A stretch of DNA of 64,000 nucleotides from Alphaproteobacteria bacterium (GCA_965237415.1 CBDEFM010000002.1:3712001-3776000), one strand, 5' to 3'; positions 33,149 through 44,752 are shown, numbered from the stretch's first letter. The notes: generated by a model not told the origin, from the sequence alone. Numbers and translations: made by a program.

Positions 33149-34218
33149 TCGTCCGCCAAGATGCGCTGGTCGTCGTAACGCCATGCCACGAAGGCCTCGC
33201 TGCCGACTGGCAGACGCTCGCCCTCCTCGGCGCTCGAATCCTCCACGATCACCGTGACCGGTCCCACTGCGATCTTGTATTTGACTCGACCGCCGAGGAA
33301 GACGGCGTCCTCCACCTGCCCGGGGAGACAGATATCGAGGTCGGGGGGCCGTCCCTCCGATCCCGGCAACAGCCGGATAACCTCCAGCCGGACGACGCTG
33401 ACGACCGGCCCGTCGGGGCCGTCATGGGGAAAGCGCGGGCCGATATCGAGCACAACCTCACCGGCGGCGCGCCGTCCGGGAAAGACATTCGCTTCGCCGA
33501 TAAAGGTGGAGACGAAGCGTGTCCTGGGGCGGGCGTAGACCTCCTCGGCGGAGCCTTCCTGCACCAGCCGTCCGTTGTTCATCACCGCGATCCGGTTGGC
33601 GAGGGCCATCGCCTCGCCCTGGTCGTGCGTGACGAACACGAACGTCCCGCCGATCGAGTGGTGAATACGCCTAAGCTCCTCCTGCATGGCCTTGCGAAGC
33701 TGCAGGTCAAGCGCAGCCAGGGGCTCGTCGAGCAGCAGCACCGTGGGATGCATGATCAGCGCGCGGGCGAGCGCGACTCGCTGCGCCTGCCCGCCCGAGA
33801 GCTGGTTGATTCGCCGTTCCTCCAGACCCTCGAGATGGACGAGGTCGACGGTCTCCGCCACCTGCCGATCGATCTCGGCCTTCGCCGCGCGACGGATCTT
33901 CAGGCCATAGGCGATGTTCTGGCGCACGGTCATGTGGGGGAACAGGCCGTAGCTCTGGAAGACCATGTTGGTCGGCCGACGCTCGGGCCCGAGCCGGGTC
34001 ACATCGGTGCCTGCGATCTCGATCCGCCCGGAATCCGGCCGCAGGAAGCCGGCGATCATGTTGAGGATCGTGGTCTTGCCGCAGCCGGACGGGCCGAGGA
34101 TCGCCAGAAAATCGCCTGCGTAGATCGCGAGGTCGAGCGCTTGCACCGCGACGGTGCTGCCGAAGGACTTGGAAACTCCTGTGAGCTGAACCAACGGTTG
34201 GTTGGAACGTTGGTGCAC
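33145..34218 (-). CDS. ABC ATPase (PotA-like)
   Basis: [29 protein letters not shown] tail. Confidence 0.93.
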   Translation of the reverse strand: MHQRSNQPLVQLTGVSKSFGSTVAVQALDLAIYAGDFLAILGPSGCGKTTILNMIAGFLRPDSGRIEIAGTDVTRLGPERRPTNMVFQSYGLFPHMTVRQNIAYGLKIRRAAKAEIDRQVAETVDLVHLEGLEERRINQLSGGQAQRVALARALIMHPTVLLLDEPLAALDLQLRKAMQEELRRIHHSIGGTFVFVTHDQGEAMALANRIAVMNNGRLVQEGSAEEVYARPRTRFVSTFIGEANVFPGRRAAGEVVLDIGPRFPHDGPDGPVVSVVRLEVIRLLPGSEGRPPDLDICLPGQVEDAVFLGGRVKYKIAVGPVTVIVEDSSAEEGERLPVGSEAFVAWRYDDQRILADE

Positions 34219-34318
34219 TCACGCTCTCCCACCCGACGAGGGGGCGGCTCCGGTATGCCCGCAGAGCGACGCCAGGCCGCCCCCTCGTGATGCTACTCCA
34301 CGTTGCCGCGACCGGTCC

Positions 34319-35491
34319 TTAGGCTTTCAGGAACTCTTCCCAGCCGTCGAGGACCTGATCGTAGGTCAGGAACTCGCCGCGCTCGCCCTCCTCGAGCGGG
34401 AACATGCGGGTGTGACCGCCCGCTCTCTCGAAGAAGCTCCCGACGTCGTCGTAGGGATAGAACCCCCGCGCAGTATCGCTGAGAAGCGGCAGGGCCTCCT
34501 TGTTGGCGACCGCGGTCGCGTTGACCTCCGCATTGCCGGCCTGCGCCTCCTTGGACATCACGTGATTGAGGATCGCGTGATCCAACTCGATGTTGGGCGC
34601 GTCCTTGAAGATCGCATAGGTGTCGACGAAGTTGACCGTCCCCTCCTTGGGATAGGCCCACTTGATCGTGGGCGAGCCCTCGCCGGTCCAGGTGCTCACC
34701 GGCTCCCAGCTTATCGACATCAACACCTCGCCGCTGCCGAGCGAGGCGGCCAGCTCGCCGTAGCCGGGCGTGATCCTGAGCGCATGCTCCTTCTTGAACT
34801 TGATCATGAGATCGGTGGTTTCCCGCCATTTCTCCCGGGTGAGGTTCCAGGGCTCCCTGACGCCGAGCATCATGGCAAAGGTCATGAAGACACCGGTCGA
34901 GTCCTCGACAATGGTCACCTTGCCCTTGTATTCGGGATTGAACAGTTCCCACCACGAATCCGGCGGCTCCTTGATGACGTCGGCGTTGTACATGAGCGGG
35001 AGCGAGCCCCAGGTGAAGGGCACGGCATAGGCCTGCCCGTCGGGGTTGAGGTCGGGGACGCTCGCAAACTCGGGGAAGACCTGCTGCATGTTCGGCAGCT
35101 TGCTCATGTCGAGCGGCTCCAGCCATCCCTGGCGCGCTGCATGCGGGATGTGGAAGCTGACCGGCGTGCCGAGGTCCATGTTGCCGCGCCCGCCGCCCTG
35201 AATCGCCGACTGCCACTGTTCCGCCGATTCCATGTAGGTCGCCTGCAGGACAGCGTCGTTCTGGTCGAGGAAGCCGCCGACATTGGCAGCCTCGTCATAG
35301 CCGAGCCAGCCCATGTAGGCGACTTCCGTTGCGGCGAGTGCCTTGCGCGGCGAGAATCCGCCCGCGAGGCCGACGCCGGCAGTCGCCGCACTGAGGCCGA
35401 GAAAGCGCCGACGCGACATCGGTAGAAACTGACGCGCACGCACGATGCCCGACTGGCCGGGCTGCAAACGCTTGTTCTTCCAGTCCATCAT
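34319..35491 (-). CDS. PotD/PotF-like substrate-binding protein with Tat signal
   Basis: SRRRFLG twin-arginine motif, VPFTWG, YN, PKEG. Confidence 0.88.
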   Translation of the reverse strand: MMDWKNKRLQPGQSGIVRARQFLPMSRRRFLGLSAATAGVGLAGGFSPRKALAATEVAYMGWLGYDEAANVGGFLDQNDAVLQATYMESAEQWQSAIQGGGRGNMDLGTPVSFHIPHAARQGWLEPLDMSKLPNMQQVFPEFASVPDLNPDGQAYAVPFTWGSLPLMYNADVIKEPPDSWWELFNPEYKGKVTIVEDSTGVFMTFAMMLGVREPWNLTREKWRETTDLMIKFKKEHALRITPGYGELAASLGSGEVLMSISWEPVSTWTGEGSPTIKWAYPKEGTVNFVDTYAIFKDAPNIELDHAILNHVMSKEAQAGNAEVNATAVANKEALPLLSDTARGFYPYDDVGSFFERAGGHTRMFPLEEGERGEFLTYDQVLDGWEEFLKA

Positions 35492-35791
35492 GATTTCCTC
35501 CCTTGAAAAATTCGCTTTGTTCTTCCTGCTTATCCATGAAGCTCAGCAAGGCTGCCGAGACGCAACGTATGAGCCATCGCGGTTTCCAGTCGCTGTGCCA
35601 TATCCGAGTCCGCACCGTGCAACTCCCGCCTACGTCGTTGTGACCTCGTCGGACTTAGACACGAGCAGGAACAAGGCATCGGTGAGCGGACTTTCATGGA
35701 TAAGCAGGTTGTTCTTTGTCGTTTCGTTACGCCCGATTCTCCGGAGTGTATAGGCACCGCGCGGGACCGGCCAGCCCTCGCCTCTCCCCTT

Positions 35792-37288
35792 TCAGCGTGC
35801 TCGTTCGGTCGTAATTCCGGCATAGTCGCGAATGAACTCGCACACGTCGCCGCCGTTCCAGCTGCGATAAACCGCCTCCCTTATCACCGAGGGCGGGGTC
35901 GCGTTGTTGTGTTCGAACATGGCGACTCGGGCCGCATGGCCGCTGCAGCAGATGTCCCACACCAGATTGAAGAACCGGTTCTTCTCCCGCGCATCTACGC
36001 CGATGCCGGGGAGCCACTCGTCGAGCGTCTTGCCGAGCTCCGGGTTCTCCCACACCGCCTTCGGCCAGCGGCTGATGATGCCCTGGCCGCTCAAGTCCCT
36101 AAGCAGGTGGAGCACGCGGGGATAGGCTTCGGTCGAGTAGAGGCGCCCCGGAATGAGATACTCGTTGTTGGGAATCAGCACATCGTTGCGCATGTAGGAC
36201 TCGGCCTCGGAGGCGACCACCGACGCCTTCAGGAGCTGAGCGTACATGATCATCTCGGACACCGAGTGCCGAACCGACTGCACCGGCTCCGTGCCCAGGA
36301 TGTCGACCACGGTCTGCGCGACGGCGGCGAAGATCTCCCCGCGATAGGCGAGCCGGGAGAGGATGTGCCAGAAGGCGAGGACGCTGAACTCGGAATAGAG
36401 TCCCAGCAAGACCTTGTTGTTGAACCCGAATAAGTACTCGTTGGGAACGAACACGTGATCGAAGATCAACAGGTTGTCCATCTCCTCGCCGCGGGCATCG
36501 AGGGGGTGGTCCTCCAGTTCCGAGTCAGTGTTCACGGTAGGCTCCCGCAATAGCAGGGTGAGGCCATCCGCGTTCATCGGAAACGTGCAGAAAATCGCAT
36601 CGACGTCGTCGAGGTCCGGCGTGAAGACCGTGGCGCACGTGCTGAAGTGAGCGATGGCGCCGATGCTGGCGCAGGACTTGGCCCCACAGAGCACCAGGCC
36701 ATCCGGCCTCTGCTCGACGACGTGCAGGCGGGAGGATCGTTGGCCTCTAGGAACGCGCCGGTCGGACTGAACATCGACGCCGACATCGGCGCTGATCACG
36801 TTGTGCGCGCGACTCCGTGCGACGAAATTCTTCACGTTCTCGGCGTAAGCCGGATTGTCCGCCTCGATCTTGTCGGCAATGGAAAGGAAACCCATGGCCC
36901 AGGTCGAGCCATAGTCCGGCGGGCGGCCGAACACGCCGAGCGTCTTCAGGGTGCTGAGCCTGAGGGTCTCCCGCCGTCGGTGCAGGTGTTCGACCTTGGT
37001 CGGCACTTGCCAGCCCGTGGCATAGCGCTGCCCGTCGGCCTCATCGATATAGGTGGTCACGTCCCGCGAATCTGGCGCGAACTGCAGGTCGAAGATTTCC
37101 GCGACGGTGTCGACCGAGCGCGTGAGATGCGGATGGCTCGTCACGTCCTCGATCAGCTCGCCATTGCTGTCGAAGATGCGTCGGCCGTCGCGCAGGCTTT
37201 CCTTGTACTGCGCACCCGTCATCAGGTGCGGTTCGCTGCCGCTTGCCAGGACCTCCCGCAGCTTGGCCAACCCCCAGTCAGTCGTCAT
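35792..37288 (-). CDS. 4-hydroxyphenylacetate 3-hydroxylase (HpaB) family flavin-dependent oxygenase
   Basis: MTGAQYKESLRDGR, DVTSHP, GRPPDY, G.K, DHPL...EE.D..LIFDHVFVP. Confidence 0.9.
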   Translation of the reverse strand: MTTDWGLAKLREVLASGSEPHLMTGAQYKESLRDGRRIFDSNGELIEDVTSHPHLTRSVDTVAEIFDLQFAPDSRDVTTYIDEADGQRYATGWQVPTKVEHLHRRRETLRLSTLKTLGVFGRPPDYGSTWAMGFLSIADKIEADNPAYAENVKNFVARSRAHNVISADVGVDVQSDRRVPRGQRSSRLHVVEQRPDGLVLCGAKSCASIGAIAHFSTCATVFTPDLDDVDAIFCTFPMNADGLTLLLREPTVNTDSELEDHPLDARGEEMDNLLIFDHVFVPNEYLFGFNNKVLLGLYSEFSVLAFWHILSRLAYRGEIFAAVAQTVVDILGTEPVQSVRHSVSEMIMYAQLLKASVVASEAESYMRNDVLIPNNEYLIPGRLYSTEAYPRVLHLLRDLSGQGIISRWPKAVWENPELGKTLDEWLPGIGVDAREKNRFFNLVWDICCSGHAARVAMFEHNNATPPSVIREAVYRSWNGGDVCEFIRDYAGITTERAR

Positions 37289-37617
37289 GACGGCCTCTCT
37301 CCGAGCTTGGCTTGCGACGGGCACCAGACGTTAGGGGGCGCCTCGGGCGCGGTGAGCCCCACCGCGCTCAAGCCAATGTTCCCTCGATGGGTTGCCCGTT
37401 GCGCGGATTGTTTCTCGCGGCAACGGCGCATCGAGGGTCGATCACTGTCTCTTGCGAATTGAGTTGCAATAAACCAGCATCGAAGCGCATCCCGTATCTG
37501 ATAGCGGCAATAGTCTACGGAATATTAGATCATGCTGCCAGTTGGCCACGCAATCGCTTCGTGCGGTCGACCCTCATCAGAACCCGGACCCCGCGCGGCG
37601 GGGGTGGAGGTTGACAG

Positions 37618-38220
37618 GTGACGAACCGGAGCACGCGTGACGCAACCGGACGACGGGGCAAAAACGCGAAGCGGGAGGATCGTCCCGCCTTCTCGCAGGC
37701 GGTCGACGTCGACGGCCCCAGCTCCTTCGACGATGCCCACGCCGCGAGTCCGCTATCGAACCTTGACGGACTGAACCGCGAGATCGTCTCCATGCTTCAG
37801 CTCGACGGGCGCCGATCGTTCGCCTCGATCGCACGCAAGCTCGACATCTCGGAAGGCGCGGTGCGCGCGCGGGTCAACCAGCTCCGGCGCGACGGCCAGC
37901 TTCGCTTCATCGCGGTCGTCGATCCAGTCCAGCTCGGCTACTCATCATGGTGCATGCTTGGGATCACCGTCAGTGCCGGGAACAGCCCGCACGAGCTCGC
38001 CCGCTACTTCGCCGCGCTCCCCGAAGTCACTTATGTCATGGTGGTTGCTGCCAAGTACGATCTGCTGGTCGAGATTTGCTGCCAGACGACCGCCGCGCTC
38101 GGCGAATTCCTTGAGCGCCATTGCTATGCCTCGGGCAAGATCGCTGCCGCCGAGGCCATGGTCGGTGTGAAGCTATACAAGTGGTTCGCGCCGATCCCGG
38201 GGGCGGAACCCGCGGCGTGA
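37618..38220 (+). CDS. Lrp/AsnC family regulator, divergent from the HpaB-like gene
   Basis: LQLDGRRSFASIARKLDISEGAVRARV HTH, YDLLVE; start uncertain. Confidence 0.88.
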   Translation: MTNRSTRDATGRRGKNAKREDRPAFSQAVDVDGPSSFDDAHAASPLSNLDGLNREIVSMLQLDGRRSFASIARKLDISEGAVRARVNQLRRDGQLRFIAVVDPVQLGYSSWCMLGITVSAGNSPHELARYFAALPEVTYVMVVAAKYDLLVEICCQTTAALGEFLERHCYASGKIAAAEAMVGVKLYKWFAPIPGAEPAA

Positions 38221-38266
38221 GCCGGCAGAGGTGGATGCCCGGAGCCATGTCAAGGGAGGCTGAAGC

Positions 38267-39496
38267 GTGAAGACGCAACGAATTGCGCTCCGCGACCATC
38301 GCGGCGGAGCCTCGCCCGGCGCGACGCAAGCCGTCAGGGCAGGCGACCTCGTGTTCGTCGGCGGCCAGATGTCGGTCGACGAAAGTGGGCGCGTGATCGG
38401 CGACGACATCGCGACTCAGGCCGCGAACGCGTTCGATGCACTGGCGCGTGTGCTGGCGGAGGCTGGCGCCAGTATGGCCGACGTCGTCAAGCACAACGTC
38501 TACTTCGACTGCGAGGACGACGACGAGGCGATTGCCGCGTTCATGGCACAGATTGACCGGGTTCGTCTCGCGCATTTCTCCGATCCGGGACCGACGGCGA
38601 CCGAGACCCGGGTCGGTCTCGACCGCGAGGGCGCGCTGATCCAGGTTGAAGCCGTGGCCGCGCTCGATACGGCGCGCCGACGGCTGATGCCCGCCGAGCA
38701 TTGGGGTTGGAGCCAGGCGTTGCCGTTCTCGCACGGCTGGCGCGTGGGCGATGTGGTCTTCATCGGCGGACAGCGCTCGCTCGACCAAGCCGGCAGACTA
38801 CGTGGTGTGGGCGACATCGGCGCGCAGACCCACAATGTGTTCTCGAGCATGGAGCGGGTCCTCGAAATAGCCGGCGGCGACATCGCCAACCTTCTACGGC
38901 AGAACACTTATTACCGCTTCATCGGCGAAGGCTCCGATGTGACCGACTATTGGGAGCGGATGACGCGGGTGCGCATGGAGCACATGGTCAATCCGGGCAC
39001 CTGCGGCACCGGCGTGCGCGTCGGCGGCTTCGGGCGCACGGACGAGCTGATCCAGGTCGAGGGGATGGGCGTGATCGGCCACACGAAGCATCGCCTCATG
39101 CCGGCCGATCACTGGGACTGGTCCCTCCACAACCCCATGTTTACCCAGGGATGGCGCGCCGGCGACCTCGTCTTCGTCGGTGGCCAGATCTCCGCCGACG
39201 CCGAGGCGCGCGCTGTTGGCGCCGACATGGCTGCGCAGACCCGAAACGTTTACCGCTTCATCCGTAAGGTGCTTGACGAGGCGGGCGTCGATGAGAGCGA
39301 TGTCGTCAAGGTCAACAGCTACTACTATGCCGACGGCGATTGGAACGACATCTCGGCGGCAGCGGCAACCATCGCCGGCATCCACGAGGAGTTCTATCCC
39401 GAGCCGGGGCCGTCCTATACGGGCTGTCGTGTCACGGGCTTTGCCTTCGAGGACCTCCTCATCGAAATCGAAGCCATCGCCGTCACCCGCGACTGA
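38267..39496 (+). CDS. Rid (RidA/YjgF) family protein with three tandem domains
   Basis: Three repeats of (A/V)GD.VF.GGQ...Q...LI(Q/E)(V/I)E. Confidence 0.88.
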   Translation: MKTQRIALRDHRGGASPGATQAVRAGDLVFVGGQMSVDESGRVIGDDIATQAANAFDALARVLAEAGASMADVVKHNVYFDCEDDDEAIAAFMAQIDRVRLAHFSDPGPTATETRVGLDREGALIQVEAVAALDTARRRLMPAEHWGWSQALPFSHGWRVGDVVFIGGQRSLDQAGRLRGVGDIGAQTHNVFSSMERVLEIAGGDIANLLRQNTYYRFIGEGSDVTDYWERMTRVRMEHMVNPGTCGTGVRVGGFGRTDELIQVEGMGVIGHTKHRLMPADHWDWSLHNPMFTQGWRAGDLVFVGGQISADAEARAVGADMAAQTRNVYRFIRKVLDEAGVDESDVVKVNSYYYADGDWNDISAAAATIAGIHEEFYPEPGPSYTGCRVTGFAFEDLLIEIEAIAVTRD

Positions 39497-39502
39497 GCTC
39501 GT

Positions 39503-40306
39503 TCAGATCCCGGCGGTGTAGCCCTCGTCGACCACCATGATCGCCCCGTGCATTGCGCGGCTATCGTCGCACGCCAGGAAGACTGCGACGCGGGCCATGT
39601 CGTCAGGCTCGGACCAGGCGCGGCGGCTCGGGGTTCGCGCAGTGATGGAGTCGATGTGAGCGGCGAACGCCGGATCGGCCCGCAAGTGCTCGTTGCCGGG
39701 CGTCGCAGTATGCCCGGGAGCAATGGCATTGACGTGGATTCCGTAAGGTGCCAGCTCGCAGGCAAGCGCCTTGGTGAGGGCGATCACGCCGGCCTTGGAG
39801 GCGCAGTAGACCGAGTGCGTGGCGATGCCCCCTAGGCCCCCGATCGACGAGATGTTGATGATCCGGCCCGAGCCGCGCGCCTTCATGTGCGGAACCAGGG
39901 CGTTCACGCAAAAGAATGTTCCCTTCACGTTGATGTCCATGATGCGATCGTAGGTGGCCTCGTCGGTCTTGCCGGCGGGCGTCGTATCGACGATGCCGGC
40001 GCAGTTGACGAGGATGTCGACACGCTCGAAGGCATCGAGCACCTCGCCCACCATTCGCCGAACCTCGCCGGACCGTGCAATGTCGGCGCAGAAGGCCTTG
40101 GCCGTGCCGCCCGTCCGTTCGATCGCGCTCACCACCGCCTGCGCCTTGCCGGGATCGGCGCTCGCGATCACCGCGACCGCCGCGCCCTCGGCGGCGAAGC
40201 GGCGCGCGATCGCCTCGCCGATGCCGGCGCTGCCGCCGGTCACGAGGGCGACCTTGTTCTCCAGCTTCACAGTCGCTCCCGTCGTGGGCACGGGGGATCC
40301 CCCCAC
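39503..40306 (-). CDS. SDR family oxidoreductase
   Basis: TGGSAGIG, NCAG, YCASK, VNAIAPG; start uncertain. Confidence 0.92.
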   Translation of the reverse strand: MGGSPVPTTGATVKLENKVALVTGGSAGIGEAIARRFAAEGAAVAVIASADPGKAQAVVSAIERTGGTAKAFCADIARSGEVRRMVGEVLDAFERVDILVNCAGIVDTTPAGKTDEATYDRIMDINVKGTFFCVNALVPHMKARGSGRIINISSIGGLGGIATHSVYCASKAGVIALTKALACELAPYGIHVNAIAPGHTATPGNEHLRADPAFAAHIDSITARTPSRRAWSEPDDMARVAVFLACDDSRAMHGAIMVVDEGYTAGI

Positions 40307-40396
40307 GGGACCGGACTCTAGCAGGCCCGCGCCTCTCCGGTCTCGAACGCCAGCGGGGCTTTGCGGCCTGGTCTTGCGCGTGCCAAGGTGGATCGG

Positions 40397-41710
40397 ATGG
40401 CTGAACGTCTCTTGTTCGACGGTGCGCAGCTGATCGACGGGACTGGTGGGTCGGTCATCGGGGACTCAATGGTCCTGATCGACGGCAGCCGTATCGTTTA
40501 CGCGGGTCCGCGCACGGCGCGCTTCGACGACGATGCCGCGGTTCGCGTCCCGCTCGCCGGCAAGACTTTGATCCCGGGTCTCATCGAGGCACACACCCAT
40601 GCCTGCTTCGATGCCGACATGCTCGCCTATGTGAAGAACGGGATCACGACGATCCGCTTCGCGGGCCTCGACCAGGGAGACGTGGTCAAGCTGCGCGACC
40701 GGGTTGAGCGGGGCGCGCTGATCGGTCCTCGCATCCTCTCCTGTGGACCGATGATCGACCTGCCGCCGATGGCGTATCCGGAATGGAGCGTCCCGGTCGA
40801 GACGCCGCGTGAGGCAGCGGAGACGGCGGAGCGGCTGATCGTCGAAGATGCCGTCGAGTACCTCATCCTCACTCAACGAGTCACCGCGCCGGTGATGCGG
40901 GCTGTCGTCGAGGCCGCTCACGCCCATGGCCGCACGGTGGTGACTCAGAGCTGGGCGCTCGACGGCCGTGAGGTCGCCGAGCTCGGCATCGACGAGGTGC
41001 ACAACACCTCGCGCATCTTCATCAGCAAGGAGTACCCCGCGGCGCAGCTTACGGACTATGCGACCATCGCGGAGCGGCTCGCGCTGACCGGACGCGGCTG
41101 GGCAACGATCGATTGGGACGCCACGACGCCGCTGATGGAAGCCATGATCCAACACGGCGTCCCCTACTGCGGCATGCACGTGATCGCCCAATTTCTGGTG
41201 GGGGAGGGAGTCCCCGAGCTCGAAGCCGATGCCAATTTCGCGGACATCTTCGGCCAAGCCGAGCGCACCGCCTTTCGCGACTTCGTGAAGCGGGTGAGCG
41301 GTATATGGACGGCCGAAGACTTGAATTATTGGGAGCGCGCCAACGACGCGCGCATGGAATGGATGCGGCGCTTCCGCGCCATGGGCGGCGAGCTCCTGGT
41401 CGGTACGGACACCCAATTCAGCGGCATCATGTTGCATCGGGAGCTTGCCAACATCGCCGCGTTGGGTGCTTCGCCGCTCGAGGTCATCGCCATGGCGAGC
41501 GGTGGCAACGCCCGTGCGATGCGCCTCGACGAGCTCGGCACGATCGGCGCGGGCAAGCACGCGGACATCGTCGTGCTCAACAGAGACCCGCTGGCGGACA
41601 TCGGCGCGCTGCGCGACATCGAGACGGTAATCAAGGACGGGGCGGTGCTCTGGAGAAGGCCGAAAGACGAATCAAGCGCCGAAGCGCGGCACTTCCCGTC
41701 CCCGCTTTAA
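40397..41710 (+). CDS. Amidohydrolase family protein
   Basis: PGLIEAHTH, GITTIR, VGTD, GTIGAGKHADIVVL. Confidence 0.9.
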   Translation: MAERLLFDGAQLIDGTGGSVIGDSMVLIDGSRIVYAGPRTARFDDDAAVRVPLAGKTLIPGLIEAHTHACFDADMLAYVKNGITTIRFAGLDQGDVVKLRDRVERGALIGPRILSCGPMIDLPPMAYPEWSVPVETPREAAETAERLIVEDAVEYLILTQRVTAPVMRAVVEAAHAHGRTVVTQSWALDGREVAELGIDEVHNTSRIFISKEYPAAQLTDYATIAERLALTGRGWATIDWDATTPLMEAMIQHGVPYCGMHVIAQFLVGEGVPELEADANFADIFGQAERTAFRDFVKRVSGIWTAEDLNYWERANDARMEWMRRFRAMGGELLVGTDTQFSGIMLHRELANIAALGASPLEVIAMASGGNARAMRLDELGTIGAGKHADIVVLNRDPLADIGALRDIETVIKDGAVLWRRPKDESSAEARHFPSPL

Positions 41711-41849
41711 AACACAATCTTATCTGATGGTCTTCCAGTGCCCGCGGGGGACTGGACCCCGACAACGATGCCCGCGCGCAGTCCGGCCTTAGAGCCGCGT
41801 CACTGACGTCAAAGGCCACCATCATAGGATCGGCGTATCGGCGAGGAAG

Positions 41850-42149
41850 GTGCCGCCGGCGGTGCTGGTGTTTCTCGATACCGCCTGCCCGGTCGCCACG
41901 CGGTATGTGCCCACGCTCAACGAACTCCATGCCGAGGCGCAGGCGAATGGTGTTGCACTCTACGGAGTCCTGTCGAACCCCACCGTCACCTGGCAGGAGA
42001 GCGCGGACTTCGTGGACGATTTCGGTATCAAGTTCCCGGTCATCCTGGACAGCACTGGTGATCTGGCCCTGCGTCTCGGCCCCCGCGTGACATCGGAATT
42101 CTTCGTGATCTCCACCGGCGACCGGCTCGTCTACCGGGCGCCGCAGTGA
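41850..42149 (+). pseudogene. Redoxin-domain fragment
   Basis: VLVFLDTACPVATRY...FPVILD...LVYR; lacks N-terminus and stops abruptly. Confidence 0.6.
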
Positions 42150-43040
42150 TCGGCTCCGGCAGGCTGTCGCACGAGGAGGTCCAGCGGATGCGGCACGAAA
42201 TGCGCGACCGGCGAGGCGGAAACCGCCCGCTCCGCGTTCGGTGCCTTGCCGGCCGCGAGGGCGAGGCGATGGTCTGGGAGCTGCTGACCTGGCTGGCGCC
42301 GAGGTCACGGCACCTGCAAAGGCGCAGGCCTGCGGCGGTCCTTACCGGCGGAGCACGAACCACAGCGCGATCCCGTGATCGGGCGTCGCGTCATTGTCGG
42401 CAAGTTGGCGGCGGGTCCCGGCAAACGCCGAACCACGCCATTGCGCTTTTCGAACATCGAGCCGCCCTCCGATTTTCAGGGATCAACTGCATGCTCTTCC
42501 TGCATGGATGCGGCCGCGTTCCCGAACAGCTCCCAGGACCGAGTGCTGATGACACGAGTAAGATTTCCCTATGGCATCGCGGCTCCTTTCCGCGGGGCAA
42601 CTCTGTCACGAAGTGACGGCAGGAGACGTCATGGCTCTCGATGCGCGATGTCTTCCGAGCCCGGTGAGTGGATGTCCATCGGACGCGGACGAGAGATCGT
42701 CGGTTCGTTGAGTTGGTCCGCCTTCCCGCCACCTGAGATCGGCCTGTTCGTCGGCCGGAACGGACCGCGACGCGGTGGTCTCAGAATATTGAAACACCGG
42801 ATCGGGGCCGACGCCCGGCAGTCGGCGATATCTTCATCCTGGATGAGACCGGTGTGCGGAGTCCGACGTGTGTGACTGCCGATTCCGATAGCACCTGTTA
42901 CGGTAGCCAAAGCGGTGAAGGTTGGCGGCCGAAATTCGATAAGCTTCCGGTGGAGGCCGCAAGCTATTGGACGTCGCAACGCCTCGTTCGGATTGTGTTT
43001 CTTGGTATCAGATCGCAGGGGTGTCAAACGGTGGACAATC

Positions 43041-43140
43041 TTACGGCCATCGCCGCCTTGTCGCCTTGAGGAGGGCGCGCGCCCGCCGCTTGGCGGTGGT
43101 GAGCGCGGAGCGAGTGCCGTGGATCAGCAGCGCGCGTACT
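43041..43140 (-). pseudogene. Possible IS110 transposase C-terminal remnant
   Basis: VRALLIHGTRSAL, and in another frame DKAAMAV, resembling LR.LLIHGAR.../NKAAVA. Confidence 0.45.
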
Positions 43141-43565
43141 ACCGCACCGGAGGCCGCAAGCCAGCGGTGCCCCGGCGCGGTGTGCAAATTTGGGTTACCG
43201 ATGACAGTGTGAGACGGACGGCCCAATTGGGGGTATTGCAGCGCAGCGCCCGCCGATCGCTCAAATGCGAGTGCCCGGGCGAGGCTGACGCGCGTTCCGG
43301 GCTGAGCCTGGGAAGTTATCTATGATCGTGTTGGTCGTGTTGGGCAGAGTGTGGGGCTGGCGGGAAATCAGGCCGAAAAGTCAATCGAATACGATGGGTT
43401 GCAGGAGAGCCCGAATCCCACCCCCTTACGCCGCCCGCATAGGACGAAGTCTGAGGTAAGGCCGAGTATGCCGAATAAGGTTTGAACCGTGCCTATCCGG
43501 TTAATGCAGACACACACTATATGTAGGATGCTTTGATTCGCCATTTCACGCACACAATCTACCCC

Positions 43566-44752
43566 TAGTCACCTGAATCTAAAGTTCGTGGCATAAGTTT
43601 TGATCGACGCGGAGGCAGAAGCGTTTGACGGCGGCGAGGATGTCGTCGGCCGATTTGGTCCACCTGAAGGGCTTGGGGTCTTGGTTGTGCTTTTCGATGA
43701 AGGCCCGGATATCGGCTTCGAGCTGGCGGGTGGAGGTGTGCACGCCGCGCTGCAACTGCTTTCGCGTCAACTCGGCGAACCAGCGTTCGACCTGATTGAT
43801 CCAGGACGCCGACGTCGGCGTGAAGTGGACATGCCAGTGCGCTCGCCGCGCCAGCCAAGCCTTGACCGCCGCGGTCTTGTGAGTGGCGTAATTGTCCATG
43901 ACGATGTGGACGTCCAGCCCCTCGGGGACCGAGCGGTCGATCTCTTTCAGGAAGTCGAGAAACTCCCTGGCCCGGTGGCGCCTGTAGCACTTGCCGATGA
44001 CGCGGCCCGTGGCGACATCGAGGGCTGCGAACAGCGAGGTGGTGCCGTGACGCTTGTAATCGTGCGTGCGCCGCTCAGGCATGCCCGGCAACATCGGCAG
44101 GACCGGCTGTGTACGGTCGAGCGCCTGGATCTGGCTCTTCTCGTCGACGCAGAGCACCAGCGCGCGGTCCGGCGGCGAGAGATAGAGCCCAACGATGTCG
44201 CGGACCTTGTCCACGAAGTGCGGATCGCCCGACAGCTTGAAGGTCTCCGAGCGGTGCGGCTGCAAGCCGAAGGCGCCCCGGATGCGCCAGATCGTCGTGT
44301 GCGAAAGGCCGCTTTCCCTGGCCATCGAGCGCAACGACCAATGGGTGGCGTCCGCCGGCGTCGCGCTGAGCGTCCGCTCGACAACCTTGGCCACCTGATC
44401 GTCCGTGAGCGTTCGCGGCCGTCCCGGCCGAGGCTCATCCGACAGCCCCTCGATGCGCTCCTTCAGGAAGCGGCGGCGCCACTTGCCGACCGTGTGCTCG
44501 TGCACGCCGATCTCGGCGGCCACCGCCTTGTTGGTCAGGCCGTCTGCGCAGCGCAGGATCATGCGGCAGCGATCGGAGATCGAGCGCGCGACCCGGCGCC
44601 GTCGAGCCTGACGCTCAAGATACGACCGCTCTTCATCGCTCAGAACCAAGACCGCCATCGGCCGGCCAGTACCACGCGCCATCGCAATGACCTCCACAGC
44701 CACACCACGATGAACAGCCTACACTGAGCCTTACTTCAGTGCCAGATGACTA
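43566..44752 (-). mobile_element. IS630-family insertion sequence, TA at both ends
   Basis: Ends TAGTCACCTGAATCT and TAGTCATCTGGCACT; full transposase inside. Confidence 0.92.
43579..44703 (-). CDS. IS630 transposase
   Basis: [35 protein letters not shown]. Confidence 0.95.
   Translation of the reverse strand: MAVEVIAMARGTGRPMAVLVLSDEERSYLERQARRRRVARSISDRCRMILRCADGLTNKAVAAEIGVHEHTVGKWRRRFLKERIEGLSDEPRPGRPRTLTDDQVAKVVERTLSATPADATHWSLRSMARESGLSHTTIWRIRGAFGLQPHRSETFKLSGDPHFVDKVRDIVGLYLSPPDRALVLCVDEKSQIQALDRTQPVLPMLPGMPERRTHDYKRHGTTSLFAALDVATGRVIGKCYRRHRAREFLDFLKEIDRSVPEGLDVHIVMDNYATHKTAAVKAWLARRAHWHVHFTPTSASWINQVERWFAELTRKQLQRGVHTSTRQLEADIRAFIEKHNQDPKPFRWTKSADDILAAVKRFCLRVDQNLCHEL

Noticed and set aside
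42150-43040. Region with several short ORFs
   Set aside because: No motif, repeat array or RNA structure recognised; probably degraded DNA.
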